DNA of 34,642 nucleotides from Acidimicrobiia bacterium (GCA_025357995.1 JANYLF010000192.1:1-34642), one strand, 5' to 3'. Positions 10,090-19,293 are shown, counted from the stretch's first letter. Numbers and translations: made by a program. The notes: generated by a model from the letters alone, not told the origin.

Positions 10090-10515
10090 ATGCGACACCG
10101 CACGTTGCGCGTCGGACTGCTCTACGAGGCGGCGAACTTCGCGCTCGTCGGTTTCTGGGCCGCGTTCGCGCCGCGTTCGTTCTACGTCGACTTCCCCGGC
10201 ACGGGCCGCCACTGGATCTCCGCCGATGGCCCGTACAACGAACACCTCGTGCGCGACGTCGGCGAGTTGAACCTCGCGTTGCTCGCAGTGCTCGTCGCCG
10301 CGTTGATCACGATGTCGATGCCGGTCGTTCGAGCCGCGCTCGTCGCGGTGATCGTGAACGGTGTGCTGCACGTCGTGTACCACGCGCGGCATCTCGACCT
10401 GTTCTCGTCGAGCGATGGTGCGGCAGTGATCGGGAGCCTCGTGCTCGCGCCCGCACTCGCCGTCGTGCTCTTGGTGCTGACGCGCGCACGGCCGTCGAAC
10501 GCGGCCTCGCCGTGA
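10090..10515 (+). CDS. small integral membrane protein, hypothetical
   Basis: ATG at 10090. The 141-aa product has 4 predicted TM helices (ANFALVGFWAAF, LALLAVLVAALI, AALVAVIVNGVL, VIGSLVLAPALAVVLLVL). It lies just downstream of the oxidoreductase on the same strand. Confidence 0.6.
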   Translation: MRHRTLRVGLLYEAANFALVGFWAAFAPRSFYVDFPGTGRHWISADGPYNEHLVRDVGELNLALLAVLVAALITMSMPVVRAALVAVIVNGVLHVVYHARHLDLFSSSDGAAVIGSLVLAPALAVVLLVLTRARPSNAASP

Positions 10516-10516
10516 C

Positions 10517-10978
10517 TCAGTCCGCGTGCGCGATCCAACGCGCCAGTCGACGAACCTCGGCCAAATCCGTGGCGACGATCCAGTAGGTCACATCGCCGAT
10601 CGTGGTGCGGGGACCGAGCTGGTCGATCGAGATGGTGAGCAGATCCCAGCTTCCACGTTGGATCAACGCGTGCGGTATCCAACGCCCCGGGATCTGGCCG
10701 CAGCGAAGCAGGAGGAGTCCGTCGTCGACCACCGCGCACAGCACCCGACGGCGAAGCGCGGCGATGCCGACGAGGACCGCCGCCGCCAGCACGACACCGA
10801 TGAGCAGGGTGGGAACGATGGCGGCGGGGGAGAACGCCAACAGCGGAACGTTGACGACGAGGGCAAGTGCTTCGGAGCCGGGTCGGGGGCCGCGCGTGGC
10901 ACAGAACGTGCCGACGACGGTTTCGCCGGGTTCGGCGAACGGGGCGATGTGTGCGATCAGCTCGGGGTCGGGGACCAC
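10517..10978 (-). CDS. membrane-anchored hypothetical protein
   Basis: 153-aa ORF with a GTG start, strong GC3 bias and a central TM segment (IVPTLLIGVVLAAAVLVGIAAL). It lies downstream of the bL37-like gene on the same strand. The start is uncertain. Confidence 0.5.
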   Translation of the reverse strand: MVPDPELIAHIAPFAEPGETVVGTFCATRGPRPGSEALALVVNVPLLAFSPAAIVPTLLIGVVLAAAVLVGIAALRRRVLCAVVDDGLLLLRCGQIPGRWIPHALIQRGSWDLLTISIDQLGPRTTIGDVTYWIVATDLAEVRRLARWIAHAD

Positions 10979-11012
10979 GGTCTCGGGCGCCGGAGTTTGG
11001 CGCCGCGTCGGC

Positions 11013-11099
11013 TCAGCGCCGGCCGACGTTGGGGCGTTTGCCGTGGTTGGCCTTGTTGCGGCGGGCCCGCAGCTTGCGTTTCTTGGTCTTCTTGCTCAC
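11013..11099 (-). CDS. 50S ribosomal protein bL37-like micro-protein (28 aa)
   Basis: The GTG at 11097..11099 is preceded by GGAGGA 8 nt upstream. The product is (M)SKKTKKRKLRARRNKANHGKRPNVGRR. The ...ANHGKRPN tail matches my recollection of actinobacterial bL37. In the ORF track it is buried in the tail of a spurious 124-aa ORF. Confidence 0.7.
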   Translation of the reverse strand: MSKKTKKRKLRARRNKANHGKRPNVGRR

Positions 11100-11249
11100 G
11101 ACTGATCCTCCGAGGCGAAGGCGACACGGTAGCCGACCTGTACCGGCCCAAGCCTGCCGGGCCGGCCCTATAGACCGAAGGGGTGTGTCCCACTGCGCCG
11201 CAACTCGCGTGTGACGTCTGAGCGGTGAGTTCATAGGATCCCCGACGCG

Positions 11250-12998
11250 ATGACCGCGCTGCAGGCAACGGCTGACCCGTCGAATCTCCAGACCGTCTCC
11301 GCTGATCCGCACCGACTTCGGCGGCGAGTGCTGCTCACGCTCACGTTCATCGGCCTCATCCTGTTGATGTTGCGACCGTCGTGGCACTCACTCACGACGA
11401 AGGTTCCCGATCTCGGTGACCCGGTGCTCTACGGCTGGGGTTGGAACTGGACTCGTCACGCGTTGTTCACGAATCCGGGCCGGCTCTTCGACGGCAACAT
11501 CTTCTGGCGTCACCCGCTCACGGTTGCCTACACGGACAACATGTTGGTGCTCTTGGTGCCGTTCTCACTGTTGCGCGCCGTCGGCGCGGGTTGGGCGTTG
11601 CAACTCAACGCGCTCGGGCTGGGCATGATCTTCTTTTCACTGGCGGCCACCTTCTCGTTGGCGCGCCGGACCACCGGCAGGACGGATGTTTCGATCTTCG
11701 CGGCGATCGCGTACACGTTCGGCGCGTTCACGTTCGCACATCTCGGCCATCTTCAGCTGCTGCTCCTCGGACAGTTCCCGCTCGGCTTCCTCTTGATGTT
11801 CCGCTGGTTCGAACGGCGTCGGGCGCGGGATGCAGTGTGGTTCGGCCTGCTGAATGCGTCGTTCTTTCTCGGCGCGCTCTACTACGCGGCGATCTGGATG
11901 GTGTGTGTCGCGGTGGTGCTGATCGGCTATCTCGTGATGACTCGGTTCCGGCCGGGTCCGCGATTCGCGCGCGGCCTTGCCATCGCGGCGGTGTGCAGCG
12001 CGACCGCTCTCCCGTTCGTGATCCCGTATGTGCATCTCGGACAGGAGCGACCACTCGTTCCGGAGTGGGGCCTCCAACCTCGCGATTTGGTGAACGTCGC
12101 GCCGGGCAGCTTCCTATATCCCGGTATCGACTCGTGGGCCAACGCGAGCGTGGACCGAATCGAACACTCCTTCTTCCCGGGCTTCAGCACGGAGTTGCTC
12201 GCTGCCATCGGACTCGGCGCGCTGGTGTGGTCGAGTCGAACGGCTCGGGCGCGGGCCCGCATCGACCTGTCCCGCGATCGCCGACGCGAACTGTGGTTGA
12301 TGATCCTCGCCGGCAGCGCGGCGATGGTGCTGAGTCTCGGACCCGAAGTCCGCGGCCACACCCTCCCGTTCACGTGGTTCCACGACCACGTTCCGGGATT
12401 CTCCGGCATTCGGGTGGCTGCTCGCCTTGCGGTTCCCGGGTTACTCGCCGCGGCGCTCCTCGCGGCGGTGGGGATCTCCGCAATCGTCCGCCGGGCTCGC
12501 GCTCGCAGGTCGCGCGTCATCGTGCTCGGGCTCTGCGGATTTCTGCTGCTCGAGCTGGCGGCACCCCTGACTCAGGTATCACTTCCCGTCGGCGCCAGCA
12601 CGCTTGCGGTCTACCGGGCGCTCGACCACAAGCCGACGGGAGCGGTCGTGGAACTGCCGATGGGGAATCCTGTGTTGGGCGCCGAATGGGCTCGGCTCGA
12701 GGCGCCGCGGATGCTGTACTCCACGCTCGACCTTCACCCGCGCATCAACGGATACTCGGGAAGCTTCCCGCCCGACTACATCGAGCGGCGGACCACCTTC
12801 AATCGATTTCCCGCGCCGGCGTCGCTGCGTGCCGCTCGGGGCCTGGGGGTGCGGTATGTGGTCCTGCACGTCGGCGGGTACGGGGGGTACCCGCAATACA
12901 CCGACCCGCAGATTCGGACGATCGTTGCCGGTCTCCCGCCCGGGGCCACCACGCATCGCTACGGCGACGCGTGGCTCGTCGATTTAGGGCGAACGTAA
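11250..12998 (+). CDS. large polytopic membrane protein, possibly a GT-C-type glycosyltransferase
   Basis: 582 aa with about 10 or more TM helices in the N-terminal 430 aa and a C-terminal soluble domain (YRALDHKPTGAVVELPMG...GVRYVVLHV). The architecture resembles lipid-linked-sugar transferases, but no diagnostic motif was recognised. Confidence 0.7.
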   Translation: MTALQATADPSNLQTVSADPHRLRRRVLLTLTFIGLILLMLRPSWHSLTTKVPDLGDPVLYGWGWNWTRHALFTNPGRLFDGNIFWRHPLTVAYTDNMLVLLVPFSLLRAVGAGWALQLNALGLGMIFFSLAATFSLARRTTGRTDVSIFAAIAYTFGAFTFAHLGHLQLLLLGQFPLGFLLMFRWFERRRARDAVWFGLLNASFFLGALYYAAIWMVCVAVVLIGYLVMTRFRPGPRFARGLAIAAVCSATALPFVIPYVHLGQERPLVPEWGLQPRDLVNVAPGSFLYPGIDSWANASVDRIEHSFFPGFSTELLAAIGLGALVWSSRTARARARIDLSRDRRRELWLMILAGSAAMVLSLGPEVRGHTLPFTWFHDHVPGFSGIRVAARLAVPGLLAAALLAAVGISAIVRRARARRSRVIVLGLCGFLLLELAAPLTQVSLPVGASTLAVYRALDHKPTGAVVELPMGNPVLGAEWARLEAPRMLYSTLDLHPRINGYSGSFPPDYIERRTTFNRFPAPASLRAARGLGVRYVVLHVGGYGGYPQYTDPQIRTIVAGLPPGATTHRYGDAWLVDLGRT

Positions 12999-13004
12999 CG
13001 CCGG

Positions 13005-13793
13005 CTACCAGGTCATGCCGATGGTGGCGCGCATCGCAGCTTCGAACTTGTCGTCGGGCAGCTTGGCGCGCGTCGCCAGGACCATTTCCGCGTCGGCGCC
13101 GACCGGCACGCGCAATGGGGTGGTGGGATCTTCGATCGCGTCGCCGATCGCCCGGGCGACCAGCTCGGGTCCGGGACGACCGTCCGGTCCCGTGAGCTTG
13201 GAATCGGTACCGGTCCACTGTTCCCAGAGCTCGTCGTAGGCGGCCGGACCGCGGAAGTCGTCGCTGTGCTTCATGCCGGGCGCGATGTAGCCGGGCTCGA
13301 TGATGACTGTGCGGATGCCGAAGTGACCAACTTCGTAGTGCAGCGTCTCGGAGAACGCTTCGAGCGCGTACTTCGAGGCCGCATACGGACCTTCGAGTGG
13401 TGTCGCCACCCGACCCTGCACGCTCGACACGTTCACGATCACTCCCGAACCGCGCCCCCGCCAGTTCGGCAGCACGGCTTGGATCATGCGCAACGGGCCG
13501 ATGGTGTTCGTCTCGAAGACTCGTTGGAGCTGGTCGAGGGGATAGCCGTCGAGCGGGCCGGTCCCCACGAGGGCCGCGTTGTTCACGATCGCGTCGAGTT
13601 CGCCGGCTTCCGCGATGCACGCGGTCACCGACGCGTCGCTCGTGACATCGAGCGCGTGCACGCGCGCACCTTCGAGATCTGCCAACAGATCGACGTTGCG
13701 GGCGGTGGCGACGACGTCGTGACCGCGTGCAATGAGCTCGACGGCGCTGGCGCGTCCGATCGCTCGTCCGGCACCGGTGATGAGAATTCGCAT
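13005..13793 (-). CDS. SDR-family oxidoreductase
   Basis: It reads MRILITGAGRAIGRA (TGxxxxxG) and has NNAA and the YAASK catalytic motif. Start is taken at ATG 13793; the ORF-track extension is Arg/Pro-rich. Confidence 0.9.
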   Translation of the reverse strand: MRILITGAGRAIGRASAVELIARGHDVVATARNVDLLADLEGARVHALDVTSDASVTACIAEAGELDAIVNNAALVGTGPLDGYPLDQLQRVFETNTIGPLRMIQAVLPNWRGRGSGVIVNVSSVQGRVATPLEGPYAASKYALEAFSETLHYEVGHFGIRTVIIEPGYIAPGMKHSDDFRGPAAYDELWEQWTGTDSKLTGPDGRPGPELVARAIGDAIEDPTTPLRVPVGADAEMVLATRAKLPDDKFEAAMRATIGMTW

Positions 13794-13869
13794 TGGTGCA
13801 ATGTAGGGCCGGACGCGACCGAGCGCCGGACCGCGAGGATCCGGCGCTCGGGCGAGAGTGATACGTGCG

Positions 13870-14391
13870 TTACACAGCTTTCCTGATCGTGAACGGGACC
13901 GCGGCCGGGTTGGCACCCGATGCGCCGACGTACACGTGGGCCGCGCTGACGGTCACGCCGTCGCGCTTCACGTTGACCGTGACCGTGGTCGAGCACCTGG
14001 TCACGAAGTTCAGGCCGTCGACTCCGCCGTGGTTGACGAACCGGAAGTCGACGACGCCCTTGCCGCGGTTGAGCACGCCTTCGCCGCCGCGCTCGAGATG
14101 GCGACCCACCGCGACGATCGCACCGTCGACCCTCACCGAACCGGTGAAGACCGCGCGGTCCACGTGCGGGTCGTTGACGCGCAAGCGCCAGCCGGTGCTG
14201 GTGTGCCAGAGGTAGACGCTCGCGGCGTCGGCGTGTGCGGCGGGACGGCCGTCCGCGGATGCGGGCCAATGTTCGCCGGTGGCGCACGTGCGCGCCGAGG
14301 TGGCGGCGCCGGCCGATGGGGCCAGCGCAAACGCTCCGACGGTGACGAGCGCCGCGGCGGCGACGCTGGCGGTGATGCGGCTCATGGTCAT
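13870..14391 (-). CDS. secreted hypothetical protein
   Basis: The ATG is preceded by AGGAG 6 nt upstream. The signal peptide is MTMSRITASVAAAALVTVGAFALAPSAGA-A. The mature part looks beta-rich, with two Cys. It is divergent from the two-component operon. Confidence 0.65.
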   Translation of the reverse strand: MTMSRITASVAAAALVTVGAFALAPSAGAATSARTCATGEHWPASADGRPAAHADAASVYLWHTSTGWRLRVNDPHVDRAVFTGSVRVDGAIVAVGRHLERGGEGVLNRGKGVVDFRFVNHGGVDGLNFVTRCSTTVTVNVKRDGVTVSAAHVYVGASGANPAAVPFTIRKAV

Positions 14392-14582
14392 GGTCTGCTC
14401 CTGATGTGGGGGTTGGTGGTGCGGTCATCACCACCTTCGGGCCGGAACATTCGGGACACATCTGGCGAATGTCATGACTTCGTCAAGTCGCGGCGGCGAG
14501 CGTCGAAGCATCAGGCGAGGCCCGGAACGAGACCCGGACCGAGACCTCAGTCGACAACATGGTCGACATCACACAACCCTCA

Positions 14583-14606
14583 CATAGGCATCGCGGTTTG
14601 CCTATG
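14583..14606. promoter_or_regulatory. perfect 8-bp inverted repeat in the divergent promoter region
   Basis: CATAGGCA-tcgcggtt-TGCCTATG ends 22 nt upstream of the response-regulator ATG and lies in a locally lower-GC stretch. Confidence 0.35.
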
Positions 14607-14628
14607 GATCTCATGGGAGCATTCGGAG

Positions 14629-15306
14629 ATGGACAAGGGCACCGTGCTCGTCGTCGAGGACGAGCCCAACATCGCCGACCTCGTCGACTTGTATCTCAGC
14701 CGTGAGGGTTTTCGTGTCTTGAAGAAGGCCACCGGCGAGGATGGCCTCGCGGCCATTCGTGATCAACGGCCGCGGCTCGTCGTGCTCGACGTTGGGCTTC
14801 CGGACATCGATGGCCTAGAAGTGTGTCGACGGATCCGGGCGACGAGCGCGCTTCCGGTGATCTTCCTTACCGCGCGCGCTGACGAGATCGATCGCGTGCT
14901 CGGCCTCGAGCTCGGTGCCGACGACTACCTCACGAAACCGTTCGCGCCGGCCGAGCTCGTGGCGCGCGTGAAGGCCGTGTTGCGCAGGACCGACGGCCCG
15001 CAGACCGCGGAGATTCTCCAAGCCGGCCACGCGGTCGTCGACGTCGGCCGGCGCGAGATCCGCGTGGAAGATGCCGCGGTGGACTTCACCACGAAGGAGT
15101 TCGATTTGCTTCGGTTCCTTGCGGAACGTGCCGGTCTCGCGATGAGCCGCCAGCAGATCCTCGATCACGTGTGGGGTCACGACTGGTATGGCGACGAGCG
15201 GACCGTCGACGTTCACATCGCGCAGGTGCGCAAGAAGCTTGGCGCCTCGTGCACGATCGCCACGGTGCGCGGTCTCGGATACCGGTTGGAGCCGGCATCG
15301 CGGTGA
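14629..15306 (+). CDS. OmpR/PhoB-family response regulator
   Basis: The receiver domain has VLVVEDEP, LVVLDVGLPDIDG and TKPF. The winged-helix output has TKEFDLLRFLA and VRGLGYRL. GGGAG lies 9 nt upstream of the ATG. Confidence 0.92.
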   Translation: MDKGTVLVVEDEPNIADLVDLYLSREGFRVLKKATGEDGLAAIRDQRPRLVVLDVGLPDIDGLEVCRRIRATSALPVIFLTARADEIDRVLGLELGADDYLTKPFAPAELVARVKAVLRRTDGPQTAEILQAGHAVVDVGRREIRVEDAAVDFTTKEFDLLRFLAERAGLAMSRQQILDHVWGHDWYGDERTVDVHIAQVRKKLGASCTIATVRGLGYRLEPASR

Positions 15307-16901
15307 AGCGGCCGCGTCGGAGTTTGCGCGGGCGGCTGCTTGTGGCCATGGCCGCGATCGCGGTTGGTGTGCTCGTCGTGACCGGCGCGACCACGATTGC
15401 ACTCGCGCGTCGTAGCGCCCAACGCACCGCGATCGCGCATCTCCAGCAGCAATCGCCGCAAGTGGCGAATCAACTGCGCGCCTTGGGTCGAACCTTGCGG
15501 AGTCGGGAGTTCACCGGTCGCCCGACGACCGGCATCGACCGGCTCGTCGCGTCGGTGTTGCGCGTCACCGGGGGAACGCTCGTCACGGTGAACCCCGACG
15601 GCACGATCACGGAAGGCGGAGCCGGTCTCGTCGGTGCGGCCGATGCCGGTGCGGCCGCGGGATCCGGATCGGGAACCGGCGCGGGATCGGGGCTGACGCT
15701 GCGCCAACAGCGCCTGAACCGGCGTCGCCAGCAGCTCGGCCTCGCACCCACCACGAGTCCGCCGACCGTGCTCGCACCGGCGACGGCATCGGCCAGTCAA
15801 CTGCCCGACGGCATGACTGTCTCGGACCTCGACGCGGCGGGCCTTATGGCTGGGACCCGCCAGACCGGGAAGGTCAATGGACTGGTGTTCGTCGCCGAGC
15901 CGCTCAAGGTCACGGCCTCCGGCACGCCTGTGTTGGTCCTGACGGAGAAGATCGATTCCGGCGCGGTGTCACGCGCGCGCGGATTCTTCTTGATCGGTGG
16001 CGCGCTCGCATTGGCCACCGCGTTCGTCGTGTCGTTCTTCCTGGCGCGGCGATTGACGCGACCGCTCGCGGCGATGGGGGTGGCCGCGAGCGCGATCGCG
16101 GGCGGCGACTTGGCGGCGCGCGTCGATCTCGGTGCACACGCCGACGACGAGCTGGCGGATCTCGCGCGCACCTTGAACGGTATGGCGATCCAACTCGACG
16201 GCGCGCGCTCGGCCGAGCGTTCGTTCCTCCTGTCGGTGTCCCATGACCTGCGTACGCCCCTCACGTCGATTCGCGGGTTTGCCGAGGCACTCACCGACGG
16301 CACCATTCCCGCGTCGGCGGAGCAGCAACGAGCGGGCGAGGTCATCGCGGCCGAAGCGAATCGACTCGAGCGGCTCGTGGCGGACCTGCTGGATCTGGCT
16401 CGGCTCGACGCGCGTCAGTTCTCGTTGACCACGCGTTCGTTCGACGCGGCGGCCACAGTCCGCACGGCGGTCGCGGCCTTTGCGCCGCCCGCGACCGAGT
16501 TGGGGATCGAGCTCCACGTGGACGGTCCGGACGCATTGGCGGCCACCGGCGATCCAGAGCGGGTGGCACAGATCGTGGCGAATCTCGTGGAGAACGCGCT
16601 GAAGTATGCACGCGCCCGCATCGACGTACGGGTGGCGACGGTGGGGAGTCAGGGAGCGGAAATCCGCGTGGTGGACGACGGTCCCGGGGTGGACTCGAGT
16701 GAGGTGCACCGGGTCTTTGAGCGACTCTTCGTGTCGCGCGCGGTGCCGGGCCGGAGTGTGGGGACCGGCCTCGGACTCGCGATCGTCGGCGAACTCGCCC
16801 ACGCCATGGGCGGTACCGCGACGGTGGACACGAGTTCGCCCGGTGGCGCGGCGTTCGTGGTGTCGCTGCCGGTCGTCGGCGTGAATCCTGCGGCCGAGTA
16901 G
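15303..16901 (+). CDS. sensor histidine kinase (2 TM, HAMP, HisKA, HATPase_c)
   Basis: Its GTG overlaps the RR stop (GTGA). It has the H-box SVSHDLRTPLTSIRGF, an N-box VENALKYA, and G-boxes DDGPGV and GTGLGLAI. Confidence 0.9.
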   Translation: MKRPRRSLRGRLLVAMAAIAVGVLVVTGATTIALARRSAQRTAIAHLQQQSPQVANQLRALGRTLRSREFTGRPTTGIDRLVASVLRVTGGTLVTVNPDGTITEGGAGLVGAADAGAAAGSGSGTGAGSGLTLRQQRLNRRRQQLGLAPTTSPPTVLAPATASASQLPDGMTVSDLDAAGLMAGTRQTGKVNGLVFVAEPLKVTASGTPVLVLTEKIDSGAVSRARGFFLIGGALALATAFVVSFFLARRLTRPLAAMGVAASAIAGGDLAARVDLGAHADDELADLARTLNGMAIQLDGARSAERSFLLSVSHDLRTPLTSIRGFAEALTDGTIPASAEQQRAGEVIAAEANRLERLVADLLDLARLDARQFSLTTRSFDAAATVRTAVAAFAPPATELGIELHVDGPDALAATGDPERVAQIVANLVENALKYARARIDVRVATVGSQGAEIRVVDDGPGVDSSEVHRVFERLFVSRAVPGRSVGTGLGLAIVGELAHAMGGTATVDTSSPGGAAFVVSLPVVGVNPAAE

Positions 16902-16932
16902 TTGGCGAGCAGCATCCGGCCCACCTCGATCG

Positions 16933-18873
16933 TTACGCCCCGCAGGCGGTCGGATCCTTCCAACAGGCGAGCACGGCGTCGGTGAGTCGTGTCCCCACGT
17001 AGCGAGCGCCGTCGACGCCGAAGTGCGAGCCGTCGGGACGGAGCTCGATGCCGCCGACGTGCGCCGGACAGCGCCCGCCGGGACACACGATTGTGCTCAG
17101 GTCGAACACGCTGACGCGTCCGTCGCGCGTTGGACCGAAACGGCGGTACAGGTCGTTGAGTTGGCGCACCCGTGCGGCCTCGTCGAGCCCCGGGAGCACG
17201 GCGGCGCCGCCCGGCACCGGTGGCGGGACGGTGAGAATGATGAGGCGGGCGCCGTGCGCAGTGAGGAGCGCAGCGGCGCGTCGCACCTCCTTGCCCAACG
17301 CGACGCGTCCGGTCTGCGTGCTGATCTCGACGCGGTGGCCGCCCAGGTCGCGATCGACCGCGTCCCAGGTATCGAGCCAGAGCACGAGGTCGGGCCGCGG
17401 TCTGGTGTTCATGATCGTGCGCAGCGCAGGTTGGATCGCCGAGTTGCAGGCGCGCGACCACGGGTAGGGCCTGCCGTCCTTCTGGACGGTGACCCCGCGC
17501 AGGATCGAACAACCCGGGGTCGCCGCGGCATCGAACCGAATTCCGTGAACCGCCATCGCGTCGTCGATGCCACCGCCGAGGGACGCCGCGAGCGAATCGC
17601 CCACGAACTCGACGCGGGTCGGGTTCCCGGCCTGTGGTGGTCCGAGGGTGGTGCTCGTCGTGCTGGGGAGGGGGCCGCCGCCGAAGAATCCGGGCGCGGC
17701 CGTCGCACCTGTAGTGCCCAAGACGATCGCGACGACGCCCGCGGCGAGTCCGGCGGGCGCGGCGATCCATGTAGCGCGTGCCTTGAACCCGCGCCGGATC
17801 GGTCGCTCCACCAGCAGGTACGACGTGATGGCCAACGCGATGGTGCACCCGATACGGAACCCGTCGAGTGTCATCCCGGACAAGCCCACGCGCGCTTCGG
17901 TGGCGTACACGATGACGGGCCAGTGCCAGAGGTAGATGCCGTACGAGATCAGTCCGATGAGCACGAAGGGACGGAAGGCCAGGATCCGCGCCACGACTCC
18001 ACGCGGCGCCCGAGTGATGGACGCGATGAGCACCGCGGCCGCGAGCGCGAACACCAACGACCCGCCGCGATAGAGCCACGCGCTGGTGGAGTGTGCGAAC
18101 GCGAACGCGGCGAGGACTGCCGCGAGCGCGAGCACGCCCGCGCCGTCGAGCCACCGTCGGGCGCGTGCGCTCACGCTCGCGACCGGCCAGTTCACGCACA
18201 CCAGCGCGAGCAACGCGCCGATGAGGATGGGATGCGCGTGCGCGTCGGTGCCGTAGTACGCGCGCGACGGGTCGTCGGCGTTGTAGAGCGCGGCCATGAC
18301 GACCACCGAGATCGCGGCACCGATACCGGTGACCGCCGCGAGGACGCGGAGTCGACCTCGGGCGAGTCGGAGGCAGCCGATCGTGACGAGCGGCCATACG
18401 AGATAGAACTGTTCCTCGATCGCGAGTGACCAGAGGTGGCGGAACGGCGACGCCGCGCTGAAGAGCTCGAAGTACGACTGCTTCGACGCCACGAAACGCC
18501 AGTTGGCCACGTAGAAGAGCCCGGCGATCCCGTCCCAGCGGATGCGGTGAAACTCGGTGCTCGGCACTTCGAGCTTCGCGTAGATCGCTACTGCGACGAC
18601 CAGCAGGATCAGGGCGGGAAGGAGCCGCCGCGCGCGGCGGGCCCAGAACGCGAGGACTTCGATGCCCGAGTGGCGGCGCCACTCCAGGACGAGGAGGGTC
18701 GTGATGAGGAAACCACTCAGGACGAAGAACGTGTCGACGCCGAGGAATCCACCGGTCAGCCCGGTCTCATGGAGGTGGAACACCACCACGGCCGCCACCG
18801 CCAGCGCCCGGAGCCCATCGAGGCTGGGCTGGTAGGCGAGTTGGTTCGGGGCGTCGGCATCGGTCGACGTCAC
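16933..18873 (-). CDS. acyltransferase-3 family membrane O-acyltransferase with C-terminal SGNH-like domain
   Basis: The N-terminus (LDGLRALAVAAVVVFH...GFLGVDTFFVLSGFLIT) plus ~10 TM helices is typical of OafA/OatA-type acyltransferases. The C-terminal ~250 aa is extracytoplasmic and includes GDSLA. Confidence 0.9.
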   Translation of the reverse strand: MTSTDADAPNQLAYQPSLDGLRALAVAAVVVFHLHETGLTGGFLGVDTFFVLSGFLITTLLVLEWRRHSGIEVLAFWARRARRLLPALILLVVAVAIYAKLEVPSTEFHRIRWDGIAGLFYVANWRFVASKQSYFELFSAASPFRHLWSLAIEEQFYLVWPLVTIGCLRLARGRLRVLAAVTGIGAAISVVVMAALYNADDPSRAYYGTDAHAHPILIGALLALVCVNWPVASVSARARRWLDGAGVLALAAVLAAFAFAHSTSAWLYRGGSLVFALAAAVLIASITRAPRGVVARILAFRPFVLIGLISYGIYLWHWPVIVYATEARVGLSGMTLDGFRIGCTIALAITSYLLVERPIRRGFKARATWIAAPAGLAAGVVAIVLGTTGATAAPGFFGGGPLPSTTSTTLGPPQAGNPTRVEFVGDSLAASLGGGIDDAMAVHGIRFDAAATPGCSILRGVTVQKDGRPYPWSRACNSAIQPALRTIMNTRPRPDLVLWLDTWDAVDRDLGGHRVEISTQTGRVALGKEVRRAAALLTAHGARLIILTVPPPVPGGAAVLPGLDEAARVRQLNDLYRRFGPTRDGRVSVFDLSTIVCPGGRCPAHVGGIELRPDGSHFGVDGARYVGTRLTDAVLACWKDPTACGA

Positions 18874-18966
18874 CCGAGAATCGTACCGGGCGACCGGTGG
18901 ACCGACGGGTCGCGTCGAGTGCCGGGTACCGTCGACCTATGACGAAACGGGGCGGTGGCGGGCGCG

Positions 18967-19293
18967 ATGTGGCTGGTCCGTGACGGCCAGGTGCTGGCGG
19001 CGGCCGAGGAGCCGAGTGGTGTGCGCGGGCGCACCCGCGGGCTCCTGGGGCGCGACGGAATCGACGGCGTGCTGGTGCTCCGCCCGTGTCGGAACGTGCA
19101 CACGTTCGGGATGCGCTTCGCGATCGACGTCGCGTTTTGCGATCGCGAGGGTGTGGTGCTGCGCACCGCCACGTTGGCCCCGCGGCGGATCTCACCGTTC
19201 GTGATGCGGTCTGCGATAACGCTCGAAGCCGAGGCCGGCGCGCTCGCCCGTTGGAATGTGAAGCTCGGCGACCGACTCGAGCTCCGCGAATGA
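18967..19293 (+). CDS. DUF192-domain protein
   Basis: It reads MWLVRDGQVL...RGLLGR...GVLVL.PCRNVHTFGMRFAIDVAF.D..G.V, the DUF192 pattern. A GTG at 18955 is an alternative start. Confidence 0.75.
   Translation: MWLVRDGQVLAAAEEPSGVRGRTRGLLGRDGIDGVLVLRPCRNVHTFGMRFAIDVAFCDREGVVLRTATLAPRRISPFVMRSAITLEAEAGALARWNVKLGDRLELRE

Noticed and set aside
11441-13195. 584-aa plus-strand ORF in a second frame
   Set aside because: It is an alternate frame of the 582-aa membrane protein gene (11250..12998). The product is Arg/Pro-rich, whereas the other frame gives regular TM helices.
15640-15690. Short GGATC(C/G)GG-type reiteration (encoding GSGSGTGAGSG), and a similar GAAGGCGAAG reiteration at about 30510..30545 in rplY
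   Set aside because: These are simple in-frame coding low-complexity repeats. They have no spacer/repeat organisation, so they are neither CRISPR nor a mobile-element terminus.
16649-18682. 677-aa ORF on the minus strand
   Set aside because: It is an alternative frame inside the acyltransferase-3 gene (16933..18873). The sequence is extremely Arg/Pro/Gly-rich with no motifs. The in-frame acyltransferase translation is clearly the real one.
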